From positions 2,179,308 to 2,243,307 of the forward strand of contig MU061578.1 of assembly GCA_013265495.1 (NCBI GenBank): DNA of 64,000 nt. The letters are read 5' to 3'. This document shows positions 13,293 through 24,892 of the stretch, piece by piece (position 1 is the first letter of the stretch; every line of letters starts with the position of its first letter). Below the pieces are notes generated by a model. That model did no database searches, was not told the origin of the DNA, and saw nothing but the letters and a program-made list of their open reading frames with translations. The stretch comes from Vicugna vicugna (Eukaryota). Both the position numbers and the translations under genes were made by a program.

Positions 13293-13689
13293 GAGGACCA
13301 CTGGCCCAGATGTTTCTTCTCAGTCTCCCCAGGACAGTGAGGGGGTGTACGTAACCAAACACTGACCCCTCTCTCCTGAGATCTCAAATTCTTGAGTCAG
13401 TGACATGAGGGCAGAAACAAATGGCAGAGGTGCATTCACCCCACGGATGCTGGGGTTCTGCCCAGACCCGTTCTGCTAGGAGGGTATTCCTGCTTCTCGG
13501 AACTGCTGAGCCAGTTTAGTTCTTGCCTCCTTCCAAGACAGTACCCCCACCTTCCTACAGATTTTAAGAGCCCCATTCCAACTGATTCTTGTCTGTTGGA
13601 CCAGGAATGTGGTCACGAGGACACAAAAGGGGACCACCCAGAGGCAGACAGGAGAGTGTCCGGGACCACTAGACCCTTCTGCTCATAAG

Positions 13690-14165
13690 TGGTACAAACA
13701 ACAAACCATCCTCCAAAGATTCAAGCCTCCCCTCCCATCATAGGGAGTTGCCACAAAGAAATGGCTGTCCAGCCAGGGACTACATTTCCCAGGCTCCCCT
13801 GCATCCCGGCAGTGCCATGTGACTAGTTCTCACCAATGGGATGTGACCAAGAGTGATGCACGTCACTTCCAGTCCAAGGAGCTTATGAGGCAGGTATGCC
13901 TCTTTTTCCCCAGGCATTTCTGAATACCTTTCTGAATAATTGCCCAGGCATTTCTAAATGTTTCTGGGGCCCTCTGAGGACTGAGAGGAGGGGAACGCTG
14001 CAAGATGGAAGAAGCCCGGATCCTGGACTCGCCTTAGGGAGGGCCAGCCAACCACCAGGGACACCTGCAGTGGACTGCTACAAAAGCAAAAAATAAACTT
14101 TATTGTGTTAAAGGATTGCAGCTGGGGGCTGCTTTTCAACAGGGGCTGGTGTCATCCTAATACAT
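13690..14165 (+). mobile_element. MaLR LTR, MLT1H/I/J-like
   Basis: gactacatttcccaggctcccctgca...gccatgtgactagttctcaccaatgg...aaataaactttattgtgttaa...ctaataca. Confidence 0.8.
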
Positions 14166-14282
14166 CCTATGACTACTGGTGATGATGAAGATGATACAGA
14201 CAATAATACTGGTACCTGTAGCTGGTATTTGGATGTTTATAACATGCCAGGCTCTTTGCTAAGGACCTTACCTGTAGTAACG

Positions 14283-14504
14283 CAGTGGTTCTCAGCCAGG
14301 GCTGATTCCCCCCCAGGGAACGGTGGCACTGTCTGGAGACTATTTTAGTTGTCACACTGGGGATGGAGGGGGGAGGGGTTTACTGTTATTTAGTGAGTAA
14401 AGGCCAAGGTTGCTGCTAAACGTCCTATAAGGCACAGGACAGATTCCCACAACAAAGAATTATCTGGTCCCAAATGGTACTGGTGTTAGAGCCAGAAAAC
14501 CCTG
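14283..14504 (+). mobile_element. MER20 (hAT-Charlie), inserted in a MIR
   Basis: cagtggttctcagccaggg...tgtctggagactattttagttgtcaca...aggacagattcccacaacaaagaattatctggtcccaaatg...aaaccctg. Confidence 0.88.
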
Positions 14505-15469
14505 CAGAAGCTCATCAGACGCTCCTAATCACCCTCAAATCCCATACCATTATCATCCCCATCTTAAAGACACAGAAACAAAGGCCAAGAGAGCTTATGC
14601 CAGGTAACACAGCTGGGCAGCTTCCAAGCCAGAATTTGAAACCCAGCAGCCTTAGCCAGATGCCGTTCTGCCTCTCCACCCCTGCCCGACCCCCAGGACA
14701 CAGCATCTGTGCTCTATGAAGCCAGACCAGGTCCAGAACACTGGGCTCCCTTTTCCGAGGACTCACTCCAACCATCACTACCATGTCCCAAAGAGGGTCC
14801 CCTTGTTGCTACAGACGAGGACATCATCATCAAGGGAAATCACCAAGGCAGGCTCTGTGCTGTCAGGCACAGCCGGACAGTAAATGATGAGATTAGCTGG
14901 TCAGGCCTGGGGTCTGACTCAGGCTGAAATGGGATGCTGCCTTCCAAACCCAGGGAAGCAAAGGGCAGGGCCAGCTGCACTCCAGGCCAGAGGTCTAGCA
15001 GGTACCCCAGGTTTTACTCCTGTCCCCCACCTTTTGGGCAACTTAACTGTACAATCTCTTGACTTGCTATAATTCCCCAGGCAATTCCCATGCCTGGCTG
15101 GGAGATCAGAGCTGCCCAATTCAGGACACAAAACCCAACCTGGGGCTGAAATGGTGAGCCTGCTGCTCCATCTCTCACCCTGGGGCGCCCATTCAGCTCA
15201 CACCACCTCATCACTGCCTTCTCTCTCCATGTAAGGGGTAACTCAGACATTTGCCATTCTCTTTTGCTAGGGTAGGTCTGATCAGTAAATATATAATCCC
15301 TTTACAGTGTGACAGGTGCTATAACCAAGGTGCCTGTAGTGAGAAGTCTCATGGATCCAGAGAGAATAAGAGCAGAGTATAAGGAAGAGAGAAAGAAGCC
15401 TTTAAGAAGGCGGCATAGAGCTGGGTCTCAGAGGATGGGGAGGAGAGCTCTGAGAAGAGAAAGGTGGTA

Positions 15470-15872
15470 CCCAACCCAGATCCCGTTTGTCAGTCCAGTG
15501 CATCAATCCCCCAGCTGCTGTGAGCGGTGGCTGCCACCTTGTCTGGAGAATCACACCTCATCCAAAGATACCAGAGAGGGGAAGCCCTGACTCCTACGTG
15601 CCTAGGCACAACGCACAGCCGATGACCACTAATACAGTGGTATGAGCGTGCATTTCGCTTGCTTCAAGGCATGAAGACTCTGTGGTGCTACTCACACCTC
15701 AGGGCTCCCTGTGGGATCAGGCTGAGGCTTGACTTCATCCAAACCACATCTTTGCTTCGTGCCTCATCCTGCTGCGTTCCCCTGATGGATTCCTCCTAAG
15801 ACCGCTCCTTCAATACTCATTTGTACAAGAATCACATCTCAGCTCTGCCTCTAGAGAACTTGACCTAAAGCA
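15470..15872 (+). mobile_element. ERVL LTR16-like
   Basis: gctccctgtgggatcaggctgaggc...caagaatcacatctcagctctgcctctagagaacttgacctaaagca. Confidence 0.7.
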
Positions 15873-16052
15873 AGGAGGAAAGGCATTCTAGGCAGCAGGC
15901 ACCACGTGGGTCAAGGTTTGAAGGCACACACAGAGGTGATTTTGGAAGGTCAGGAAGCTTTTTATGCAATATTGTTAATAATAAAAAATTAACATTTACT
16001 AAGGATTATACTGTAGGCTATGGGAAAAAAAACTCTGTTCTCAGTATGTTTA

Positions 16053-16181
16053 TTTTTGGGGGGGTAGAATCAGGTTTATTTATTTATCTACTTATTTTTA
16101 ATAGAGGTACTGGGGATTGAACCCAGGACCTTGTGCTTACTCAGCACACACTCTTACCACTGAGCTATACCCTCCCTGCCC
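16053..16181 (-). mobile_element. tRNA-derived SINE, camelid Vic-1-like, full length
   Basis: Minus strand reads gggagggtatagctcagtggtaagag...ggtcctgggttcaatccccagtacctc...taaataaacctga; perfect 18-bp TSD ctgttctcagtatgttta (16035-16052 / 16182-16199). Confidence 0.92.
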
Positions 16182-17389
16182 CTGTTCTCAGTATGTTTAG
16201 ATGTCATCTCAGTTCTCATCACAGCTCTAAGATGCAGATCCTTACTGCCTCCAATTTAAAAACAGTTAGTCCGAGATGAAGTAATTAGCCCAGAGTGGTA
16301 TGGCTAATAAATGGCAGAAGGAGATTTGACTTCAGATGAGTCTGAGTACAGAGTCCCTGCTCTCCAAACACAATGTTCCAAGTCTTCAGACCGTCTGCCC
16401 AGCAACGGAGAGTTCCTTTAAAACACCCGCACAGAGGACACCGAGCTTGTGGTTTCTCTGTCACCTTTGAATGAACATGTTCAATGACTCCTTTTAAAAG
16501 GACACAGTATTTACAAAGCCAAAATGAAAAGGACAGCATGAAGGAATGCTCAGAACCTTTGATCGCACAGAGATGACATAATTTATGTTCCACCGCCACC
16601 GTCTTTGCTCCCCGCACTGCAATCTCGAAATGGAGGAGAAACTTGGTAATTGCTCCAGCCGGGCTGGGCCTGCTTGCTTTTCTTATTACCTTGTCCTGCC
16701 TGGCGACCCCTGAGTATTTCATCTTCTTCAGCAGGGCTGGCAGGGTTTAGGACATCCCTGGCTGAATGGAGGATGCCTCAGAAAGCACACAAGAAGGAAA
16801 TTGAGGAGGAAGGATGCGGGAGGGTCAGGCTTAGGCAAAAGGCAAGATGAGGGTGATGTGAGCGCATTGGGTGGGCACCGCAGCTGTCTGTCTGAAGGCG
16901 AAAGGCAGAGGACCGTGCGCCCAGGAAAGGCGGCTCCCTTCTGGCTGGGCAACGAGCTACAGCACTGAGCTGACCGACACTGGTCTCCCTCTCGCCTGAT
17001 GTGGAACACAATTTAGAATCATGATGGTAACTATCAGGAGAGGCATTATCACGGCAGATTCTGGCACCACAGTCCAGGATTATTGGGATGATTTCTGAGG
17101 GTAAGTCAGGGTGCAGGGAAAAGGTCTGGGGATGGAGAAAGTGGCTGCAGGTGCACTCTGCACAGGGAAGCTGGGGTTGACAGGCGGGAGAAGGTTCCAG
17201 GTGGCCAGTGCAACCTGACACAAGCAATGTTCCTGTCCAGCCAGGATGCACACCTGCTGTCCCAGCCTCTGAAGAGTCATCTTTCACCAGCTTCTCTCCT
17301 AGGTTGAGCTGGCTGTCTCCCTGTCTGGTTACTCACATCTGAGCTCACACTGGGTCTAAGGCCCTCAGGCAGAGGCAGGTGCAGAAGTT

Positions 17390-17620
17390 GAGGGGTCAGG
17401 CATTGGAGTCACCTGCCCGGGTTCAGTCTCAACCCCACCCCTTACTACCTGTGTGAGCTGAGGCAAGTCCCTTAACTGCTCTGTGCTTCAGTTTCCGCAT
17501 CTGTTAAATGGGGACCATATGGGGATCTTTAAGGAGGACATTGGTAGCACAGCGAAAGCGTTTAGAACAGCTCTTGGTGCAGAGTAAAGGTGCAGTTAAG
17601 TGTCTGCTAACATTATGCAT
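17390..17620 (+). mobile_element. MIR
   Basis: ggcaagtcccttaactgctctgtgcttcagtttccgcatctgttaaatgggga. Confidence 0.85.
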
Positions 17621-18599
17621 GATTACTGTTACTTCTGTTGCTACCACCACTGCTTTGTTAAGGAACCTAACACTGGGCCGAGTATACAGGCAGCCAGCAA
17701 CTGGTACTTTTGCACATTTCCTCTTCCTACTTTGAGGGAGCCCGAAGAACAGAGTTAATGGATCAAAGGATAGGAGTGTGCATGTGTGCCCCTGTGTTCT
17801 TCACACACCACAATGTCGGCGCCATCTGCTTTCTGGCAGGTGATCTCCAGCACTGACTCTTCCCTCACCTCCACTCCACCCATTCTCTCCAGAGAGTTCT
17901 CAGCTCCATCCGTGTTGCTCCATCCCACATGCTTAGCCCAAGCATCATCCTCTCTTGTCCGGATAAGAGGGATAAGACCACTTAACCAATTAATTGAAAG
18001 CCCCCATCCCCTCTTAGCCACTGGGATTGCAGAGCCACGGAGAGCCCAGATCCCCAGACCGGGTTCAGAGTAAATAGGATTACCTGGGGTGGTGGGAACT
18101 GGTGGAGACAGAAGGTGTTTCAAAACTTAATCAAAAATTAATTAGAAAGAGAAACAAGCCAAAGGACAAACATCTGTGAGCAGATGATGTGCAAAGGCAA
18201 ACAAATCCGACACACAACATTCCGTTTGAGTTTGCAGCCGGAGCCTGCTGGGCTGCACTGGGAGTAGCTGGAAGCGCTCTGAGGGAAACAAAAAGCCTCC
18301 GTGTCTACTCCTCGGGAACAAATGACACTGCAGCTCCAAGCTCCAAAGACACGGGAGGAGAGGGCCCACGCCCAGGGTCACACAGGAGCTGCAGGGAAGC
18401 CACACGTCGCCGAGATGCTAATAAATAATCATCAGAACACACACTAGCTGGTGCATCAGAGCGAGGAGCGTGCATGGAGAGGCCTGGGAGGCAGCCAGGA
18501 CGGGCCTAGCCCTCCCCCACATCGCCTTCCGGACAGGACTGTTGGAGCTGATGGCTATTCCAGGGCCCGCTGGCACCTCACTCACTTCCCTTCCCCAAG

Positions 18600-18965
18600 G
18601 TCTTCTCAGCGTAGTGCCTGTCAGCCTCTCTTGGTGGCTCTCTGACCGCAGGATTGTGCTTCCCCATGTACACAGCAGGCTGGAAGGGTGTTAGCACTGA
18701 GGTCCTGGGAGGGTCCCACAAGTAATGATGGCCTCGGAGCCCCTGGGTGGGACTGCTCAGATGTGGCCCTGCCCAGCGGTCCTCATGGGACTGAGCTCCA
18801 GCTGTACACGTGGTGACCTGCCCCTACAAGCACCTGCATTTACTGGCCTCCTTGCCACCCTCTCCCTTTGCAGACTGCTTCCTGGAACCACCCCCTCCCC
18901 TGCATAAGCCATTTATATTCAAAGCCTTACCTTGAGGTCTGCTTCTAGGGATTCAACCAAAGACA
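18600..18965 (+). mobile_element. ERVL LTR16A-like
   Basis: 3' end gcttcctggaaccaccccc...aagccttaccttgaggtctgcttctagggattcaaccaaagaca. Confidence 0.6.
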
Positions 18966-19137
18966 AGGATGTTGGTGGGGAACAGACAGGATTAGGGTTA
19001 GTGACTTGGCTGAGTCAGGGATGCCATGCACAGACCCACCCCTGAGTCAACAAGACCTGCATGGGGACTCTGGTAGTCTCGAGACTCCAGTTTGGATCAA
19101 CCACCCGGTGACCCCGGTCACTGACATCACCCAGATC

Positions 19138-19793
19138 TGACACAGGAAGGAAGGGGGAAGGGCACAGCCATTCAAAGAATGACTCAGCCGTTAACGCCAA
19201 GATGGCAGAAGATTCAACTCCCCGCAGGCCCTGAGGCCCAAGATGGCAGGAGATTTGACTTCCAGGAGACCTTGAGCTTCATTACATGCTCACCGTAATA
19301 TATTAACATGGTAAATGGCACTCCCACAGGTGGCAGGACAGTTCTGAGGCCGACCATAAAAGGTCGAAAAGTGAGTGGTGACCCAGTTCCTAGGAACCCC
19401 AGCCCCTTCCCCAAAGAAGCTGGACTAATCCTCGCACTTGTTAGCATAGGAAGTTACTGAGCCCGTAAAAACTAACAAGCTTCGACACCCTCATGGCTGC
19501 TCTCCCCACTGAGTGAGACGAACTGCACTCTGTCTATGGAGTATCTGCTTTTTCTTTAAACTGAGCACCCAACCCCCACATCTCGTGGCCTTTCTCTTGC
19601 CTTCTGAAACAGCCTGCACTCTGTCTATGGAGCATGTATCTCTCTGAATAAGCCTACCTTTACTCAGCTGTGGCTTGCTCTAGAATTCTTTCCTGTGTGA
19701 AGCCAAGGACCCACACTTGGCAGGGTGCATCCCAGGGACTCAACCGAGACCTGGGACATGGCCATATTCTCATCCCACATTTTTCCTGTATCA
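19138..19793 (+). mobile_element. ERV1 solo LTR, MER41-like (656 bp)
   Basis: Terminal inverted repeats tgacacaggaa / ttcctgtatca; 4-bp TSD gatc (19134-19137 / 19794-19797); MER41 hallmark blocks ccaagatggc, actcccac, cagttcc..ggaa, ctctgtctatggag, gaattctttcctgtgtgaagccaaggaccc. Confidence 0.9.
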
Positions 19794-20214
19794 GATCCAC
19801 ATCACCCCTGAAGTCAGGGCCCTCCACTGTTCTTAAAGTCAGGGAACTCCTCCATGTAGGAAGCTAAACTTGGAAACACCAGTTAAATGTTACCTTATCT
19901 CTAACCCCCAGGAGTCTCCAATGAGCCCTGCCCTTTTTCTCTTGACGGGAGACCAAAGACCCAAGGGTTCTTACCTGAGTTTTCTCCCCTCGCCTTGCCC
20001 GCTGTGGTCTCTCGAACCTGGTGCTCCTGCCCTGCCCCCACCCCCAACTTATTCTAATGAGCTCCTGCTTCTCCCCGCTCAACCAGCATCACCCGCTCCA
20101 GGAAGCCTTCTCTGCCCTCCCCACCAGCTCCGACAGCAACCAGTGCTTGCCTGTCTCCATAGAGATTCTTGCACAAAGTATAAACATTGGTTTTTCCACA
20201 GTCCCTAACTAGAC

Positions 20215-20376
20215 TAGTCTTTTAACCTGAAAACCTGGAGTCTATGGGCTTTTGGTGATTCCTGACCCGGAATCACGTTTGTGTATGTGTGTGTATGTGT
20301 TTCTTGGGAGAAGATTCTTTGCTTTTATCTGATTCTCAAAAGGCTTTCCCAAACCAGAAAATGTCCTGGACATTGT
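20215..20376. mobile_element. hAT Charlie4z-like
   Basis: ttttaacctg...tgtgtatgtg...ttcttgggagaagattctttgcttttatctgattctcaaaagg. Confidence 0.6.
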
Positions 20377-22172
20377 GCTAGACTATGAGCTCCTCATGGA
20401 CCAGATAATGCCTTATGCGGTCTTGAATCGAGTGCACTCCAATGCCAACAATCACAGGCACTTAACTGGCAATACTAACGGCCAGTGTACCGTGAGTGTT
20501 TATTCTGACCTAAAACCCTATAGATCTCGATTTGATTGACCCCCATGACAACCCTAAGTGGCGGCTGCCATCTCCGTCAACAGGACAAGGAGAGCCTGTG
20601 ACAGAAAAGCTGGCCCCAGGCCCCACCGCTGGAAGGCTTGGTGTGGGATTTGAAAGAAGGTAAGTCAGGCTCTGAGCACCAACTAGCTCTATTGAAAATG
20701 CCAAGAAACGATGAGCTGATGAATGAACAAACATCATTCAGCTCCTAACCACGTTGTCCCATCAGCTTTTAGGCAGCACCGTAACTTACCTCAAATGAAA
20801 CCTCAGCCTTCGGTAAGACTCTGAAATGCCCACCAATGTCCACGTCATTTTTCTTTACTAACAGCAGAGGAGCTCCTATAATCCGGGACCAAGGGACGTC
20901 TGTCCTGTAACATCTGCAAATGCATTTGAATCCTGTGGGGCAAGCAGCATCTATTTTTAGATCTGCCTTTTTTTTTTTAAAACAAATAACAAAACTGAGG
21001 CCCAGAAGGTTACATGGCTTGTCCAAGGCTATGCAGTGAGTTATTTGCAAAGCCAAAAGTGGAATCTAGGTTCTGCCTGTTTGCAGTTAAATACTCTTCC
21101 CCCTACTTCTCCCAATGGCTGCATCTCTGCCAAGAAGATGCTAATGTTTTTGCCTCCTGAAAGTCATGTGTTTCTCACTCCACAAGGTTCCGTGAGCTGA
21201 TCACGAAATTCAGTTTCATTCCTCAGGTGAGTCTCAGAGGACCACCTGGCCCTGGTGCAGCCATTTGTGGGATTCCCCAGCCCACGCTCTAAGGGGCTCC
21301 CAGGTCTACGCTCTCCTGTAGGCTGTAGTCTCTCTTTCCTTCTCAGAATCTGCAAGCCCTGGAGAAGGGGATGAAGACAGGCTGATGGCCAACTGTCTGG
21401 GCTGCTCTGTGTGGCCCGGGACCTGAATGCACTAACTGATTTATTGGCTAATAAGGCAGTTTGTGTGCACTGCTGGGCTGTTTGCAAAAGCATTCCCGCT
21501 CCACGGCTGCTCTGAAGGGAATTCCAGTCCCCAGTGAAACAGGCATTGAGGGGCTTGCTGGAGTCAGCTCAGGGTCTCTGTGTCTCTGCACACCTACTCG
21601 TTAAGTAAGGACTGTGAAGCAGACCCTGACCCACTGGAGTGCTGGTGCCCAGTCTTTATGTTAATAAGAACCAGCTGGAACTCTGCCGATGGCACGGCTG
21701 AGCATCATGGAGAGAAAATGTGTCCTGCTGGTCCCCAGGACAGGCCATGCCCGGCTCCGCTTGTGTGCACCCGTCACCTGCCTGAGCCTCCATTGCTCCG
21801 CCGACCTGTCCAGTGGGGGACAGTGAATCTTCCTCACCAGATTACTGTGAGGGATGTATGAGACGGTTGACACCAAACAAATACTTGTTGAATTAAAACA
21901 CAGAGATACCGAGATAAGAGAGCCCATCAAATACACTTAATAGAAGTTTCTCTCCCTTTCATAACTGCTCCTCCATTATTCTTTCCATCGTATCAAGAAT
22001 GGGATGGCAGCAGAGACTAAGTACGGGGTTGCCGCTATCTCTCCTTTCACGCCCCCTCCTTCATCACAGACGCTATTGGTGAATATCTGTCATGAGTCCC
22101 ATGCCTCCCGTCCACTTTCTCACTAAATTCTTCCCACAGTACCCTCAGCGGCTCAAAGGCGCCCCCCATTTC

Positions 22173-22356
22173 AGAGTGCTGGCCAAAGAACGCTCAGCAG
22201 AGATGGAAACACACTACACCCATGCTGCCGCTGGCCACGCGCCGCAGAACCCTTGACCCATGCCTCGTGCAACCAAGACACTGCATCTTTTCATTTTAAT
22301 TAATTAACACTTAACTAGCCACAGGTGGAAGTGGCCACCCAATTGGACAGCAGAGT
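22173..22356. mobile_element. MER3-like (hAT-Charlie)
   Basis: gtgctggccaaagaac..gatggaaa...ttttaattaattaa...tagccacaggtgg..gtggccacc..attggacagcagag. Confidence 0.7.
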
Positions 22357-22401
22357 TACAGATGGGGGCGAGAAAGGAAAGCAAATTGAAGTCTGAGGAG
22401 G

Positions 22402-22648
22402 TAAAGGCAAGGAGGGATAAATTGGGAGCTGGGGATTTGCAGATACACACTACTATATATAAAATAGGTAAACAACAAGGTCCTACTGTATAGCACAGGG
22501 AACTATTTTCAATGCTTTGTAAAGGCCTATAATGAAAAGAATATGAAAAGGAATATAGATACGTATAACTGAATCACTGTGCAGTATACCATAAATTAGC
22601 ACAAAATTGTAAATCAACTATAGTTCAATAAAAACAAAAACAAAAAAC
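22402..22648 (+). mobile_element. Cetartiodactyl-type L1 3' end (5'-truncated) with poly(A)
   Basis: ggagggataaattgggag...tacacactactatatataaaatag...ctactgtatagcacagggaacta...ttgtaaatcaactata..aataaaaacaaaaacaaaaaa. Confidence 0.9.
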
Positions 22649-24349
22649 TGCAGCTTGAAGAATTTCAGCAACTGCCCGAGGCCATGAACCTGGAGGAAAG
22701 TGGAGGTCAGAGCTAGTCCACCCTTGCTGGGTTCCCACATACATCTTCTAAAGCAAATGATCAGGCTAGCTGTGGACTTACCCGAGCCGAGATCTGAAAT
22801 GCGAGCCAAGGCTGGGAGAGAAATATTCCGGGCGCTGGGGAATTGGCCCAGAAGAGGAAGGAAATGAATATTCACAACAGATAATGGTTGTGGAAACTCT
22901 TTGTAAACTGTGAAGTGCTGTCTCGGAGTGGGGGTATTAACAATCCCCCCTGGCACTGACTCCGTGGCAAAGCTTCCCTGTCCCTCTCCATATCCTGCTG
23001 CTCTGTTAATCATTCATTAAATCTTAAGGGATTTGGGAATCCAGGCTTCTGAAATTTGGACTAAAACCTCCGTGTTATTGAAAATAAAAAAAGAAGAAGA
23101 AGAAGAAAAAAAAGAAGAAGCATCTTGGATAATTAGCTTTTCTTTTCCTAAATGCTTTTTTTGGGTCTCATTACAAACCAAGCGCCAGGCTAATATACCT
23201 TGTGTTGTGAATGCCTCACAATTCCTGCTAATTGAATTAAACCCAATTCTCTGCAAATAAACTCTTGGTTGTTCTTAATGGCAAATAAGGAACAGAGCTG
23301 TTTCTTTCTGGAACGGGTCATTACAAGGCCCTAATTACCAGGATCTCGACGTGTAACGCAAGCCGTCTTTGTGTCGGCTCCTGACAATGACGGCTCTGTT
23401 AAGATCAAAGTTGCAGCCTGCCCTTGGAAACTTCTCCCTCTTTTTACTCTACTTCAAAATGTTTAATAATGACTAATCCGATTTTTAAGACGGCAGAGAA
23501 AGGACAAGAGGACAGAAGTCCGCTTTTAAAAAAAAATTCAGGATAAATATTCCAAAACTGACACACAACTAATTTTTTTCCCCTTTCCTTTTCCCTTGGA
23601 CACAGCACACTTTCTGAAGTTGCTGGTGAGGGAAGGAGTCAGTACCCCCAGAGTTGCACACACGCCCGAGGTGAACAGAGGAGCTGTGTGCAGCCACAAG
23701 GTATCAGGGAGGAAAATGGATTCCACGGCAGTCAAGTGGCCCAATGCCTTTATCAATAATGCAATGCCAATTACTTTGGGGACCAGCCTTAACTCTTGTG
23801 GGATGAAAAACTTTGTTCCAGGGCTCTGAGAGCAGCATATATAATTAGCCACACCAACCAGGTTTTAACATGCTGCACACATCATTGCTTACTGGCAGTA
23901 GCGCCCTGATGCGTGGCTGGAGGGGCCAGGTTGGAGATTTCAGAGTGAGGTGGATGAAGCTTTCACACGGATGGTAACTGTGTACTTCAGGTTTCAGGGT
24001 GGGTGATGGCCGGCTCTTGAAAATGCTAAGCCTTCATCCTAGAAGGGCCGCAGCCTCTCAGCCCTTGGTTGCAGCAGAACAAACCGACTCTAGCTCAGCT
24101 TGGGCAGCCCCGAAATTGAGTTCCCTAACTGTGCCCTCCACAGTCTCTCCTGTACCTCCCTCAGTGTCCAAACATCTCATTCTTTCAAGAGGTTATGTCC
24201 GCCTCCCTTGGAAAGCTCTCCTGACTGTCTCTGACAGTGAAACTCTTAAATTCGGCCTCCAGAACCCCACGCAGAGGCCCCTGTGGGAGCTTGCTTACTT
24301 GCTCCTGTTTGCTCCTACTGCATTTTTCTCTCCCATCCGTGCCTGAGGC

Positions 24350-24570
24350 AACACGGCAGAGTGGAGGCGTGGGCTCCGACTGGGGTCTGAATCTTATAGC
24401 TGCCTAGCTCGGGGCAAGACAGTTCACCTCTCAGAACCCTCAGTTCTCCGACCCACAGAATAGGGATGCTAATGGCTACCTTGCTTCAAGGAATAGCTTG
24501 GGCGTAATGTGCTGCAAATAATAATGTGGATAAAGTGACCGGTACACAGTAGTTGCTCAATAAATGGAAC
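24350..24570 (+). mobile_element. MIR
   Basis: gggcaagacagttcacctctcagaaccctcagtt...cacagtagttgctcaataaatg. Confidence 0.7.
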
Positions 24571-24599
24571 CCCACCGTGTTCTTATTATCAGACTGTAT

Positions 24600-24892
24600 T
24601 TTGATTACCTACCTAGATGTCCACTTCCCCTACTGGGCAACCAATTTTTTGAAGGGAACACACGGGCCTTGTTAACTCCTATATTAAATTCTCCCCGGCA
24701 CAGAGCAGGCATGCACTTTGTTTGGGAAATGTTTGCTTAGCAAATTAATAAATCAATACCTGCATATTTATTCATAATGAATGATGAATGAATACCTGCA
24801 GAAAACATTTAGGAAGAGAAATCAGTGACTGGCATGTAGGAGGTGCTTAATAAGTGTTCATAAATGAATGAATGAATGAATGAATGAATGAA
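24600..24892 (+). mobile_element. L2 3' ends with (TGAA)n tail
   Basis: ctggcatgtaggaggtgcttaataagtgtt followed by (tgaa)n at ~24864-24892. Confidence 0.75.

Noticed and set aside
20813..20864. Plus-strand GT...TACTAACAG mini-intron
   Set aside because: Only 52 nt, shorter than normal mammalian introns, and the branch-point-like motif abuts the AG
22384..22661. Possible TSD around the L1 3' end (aaattgaagtctgaggag / aaactgcagcttgaagaa)
   Set aside because: Only 12/18 identical, too weak to call
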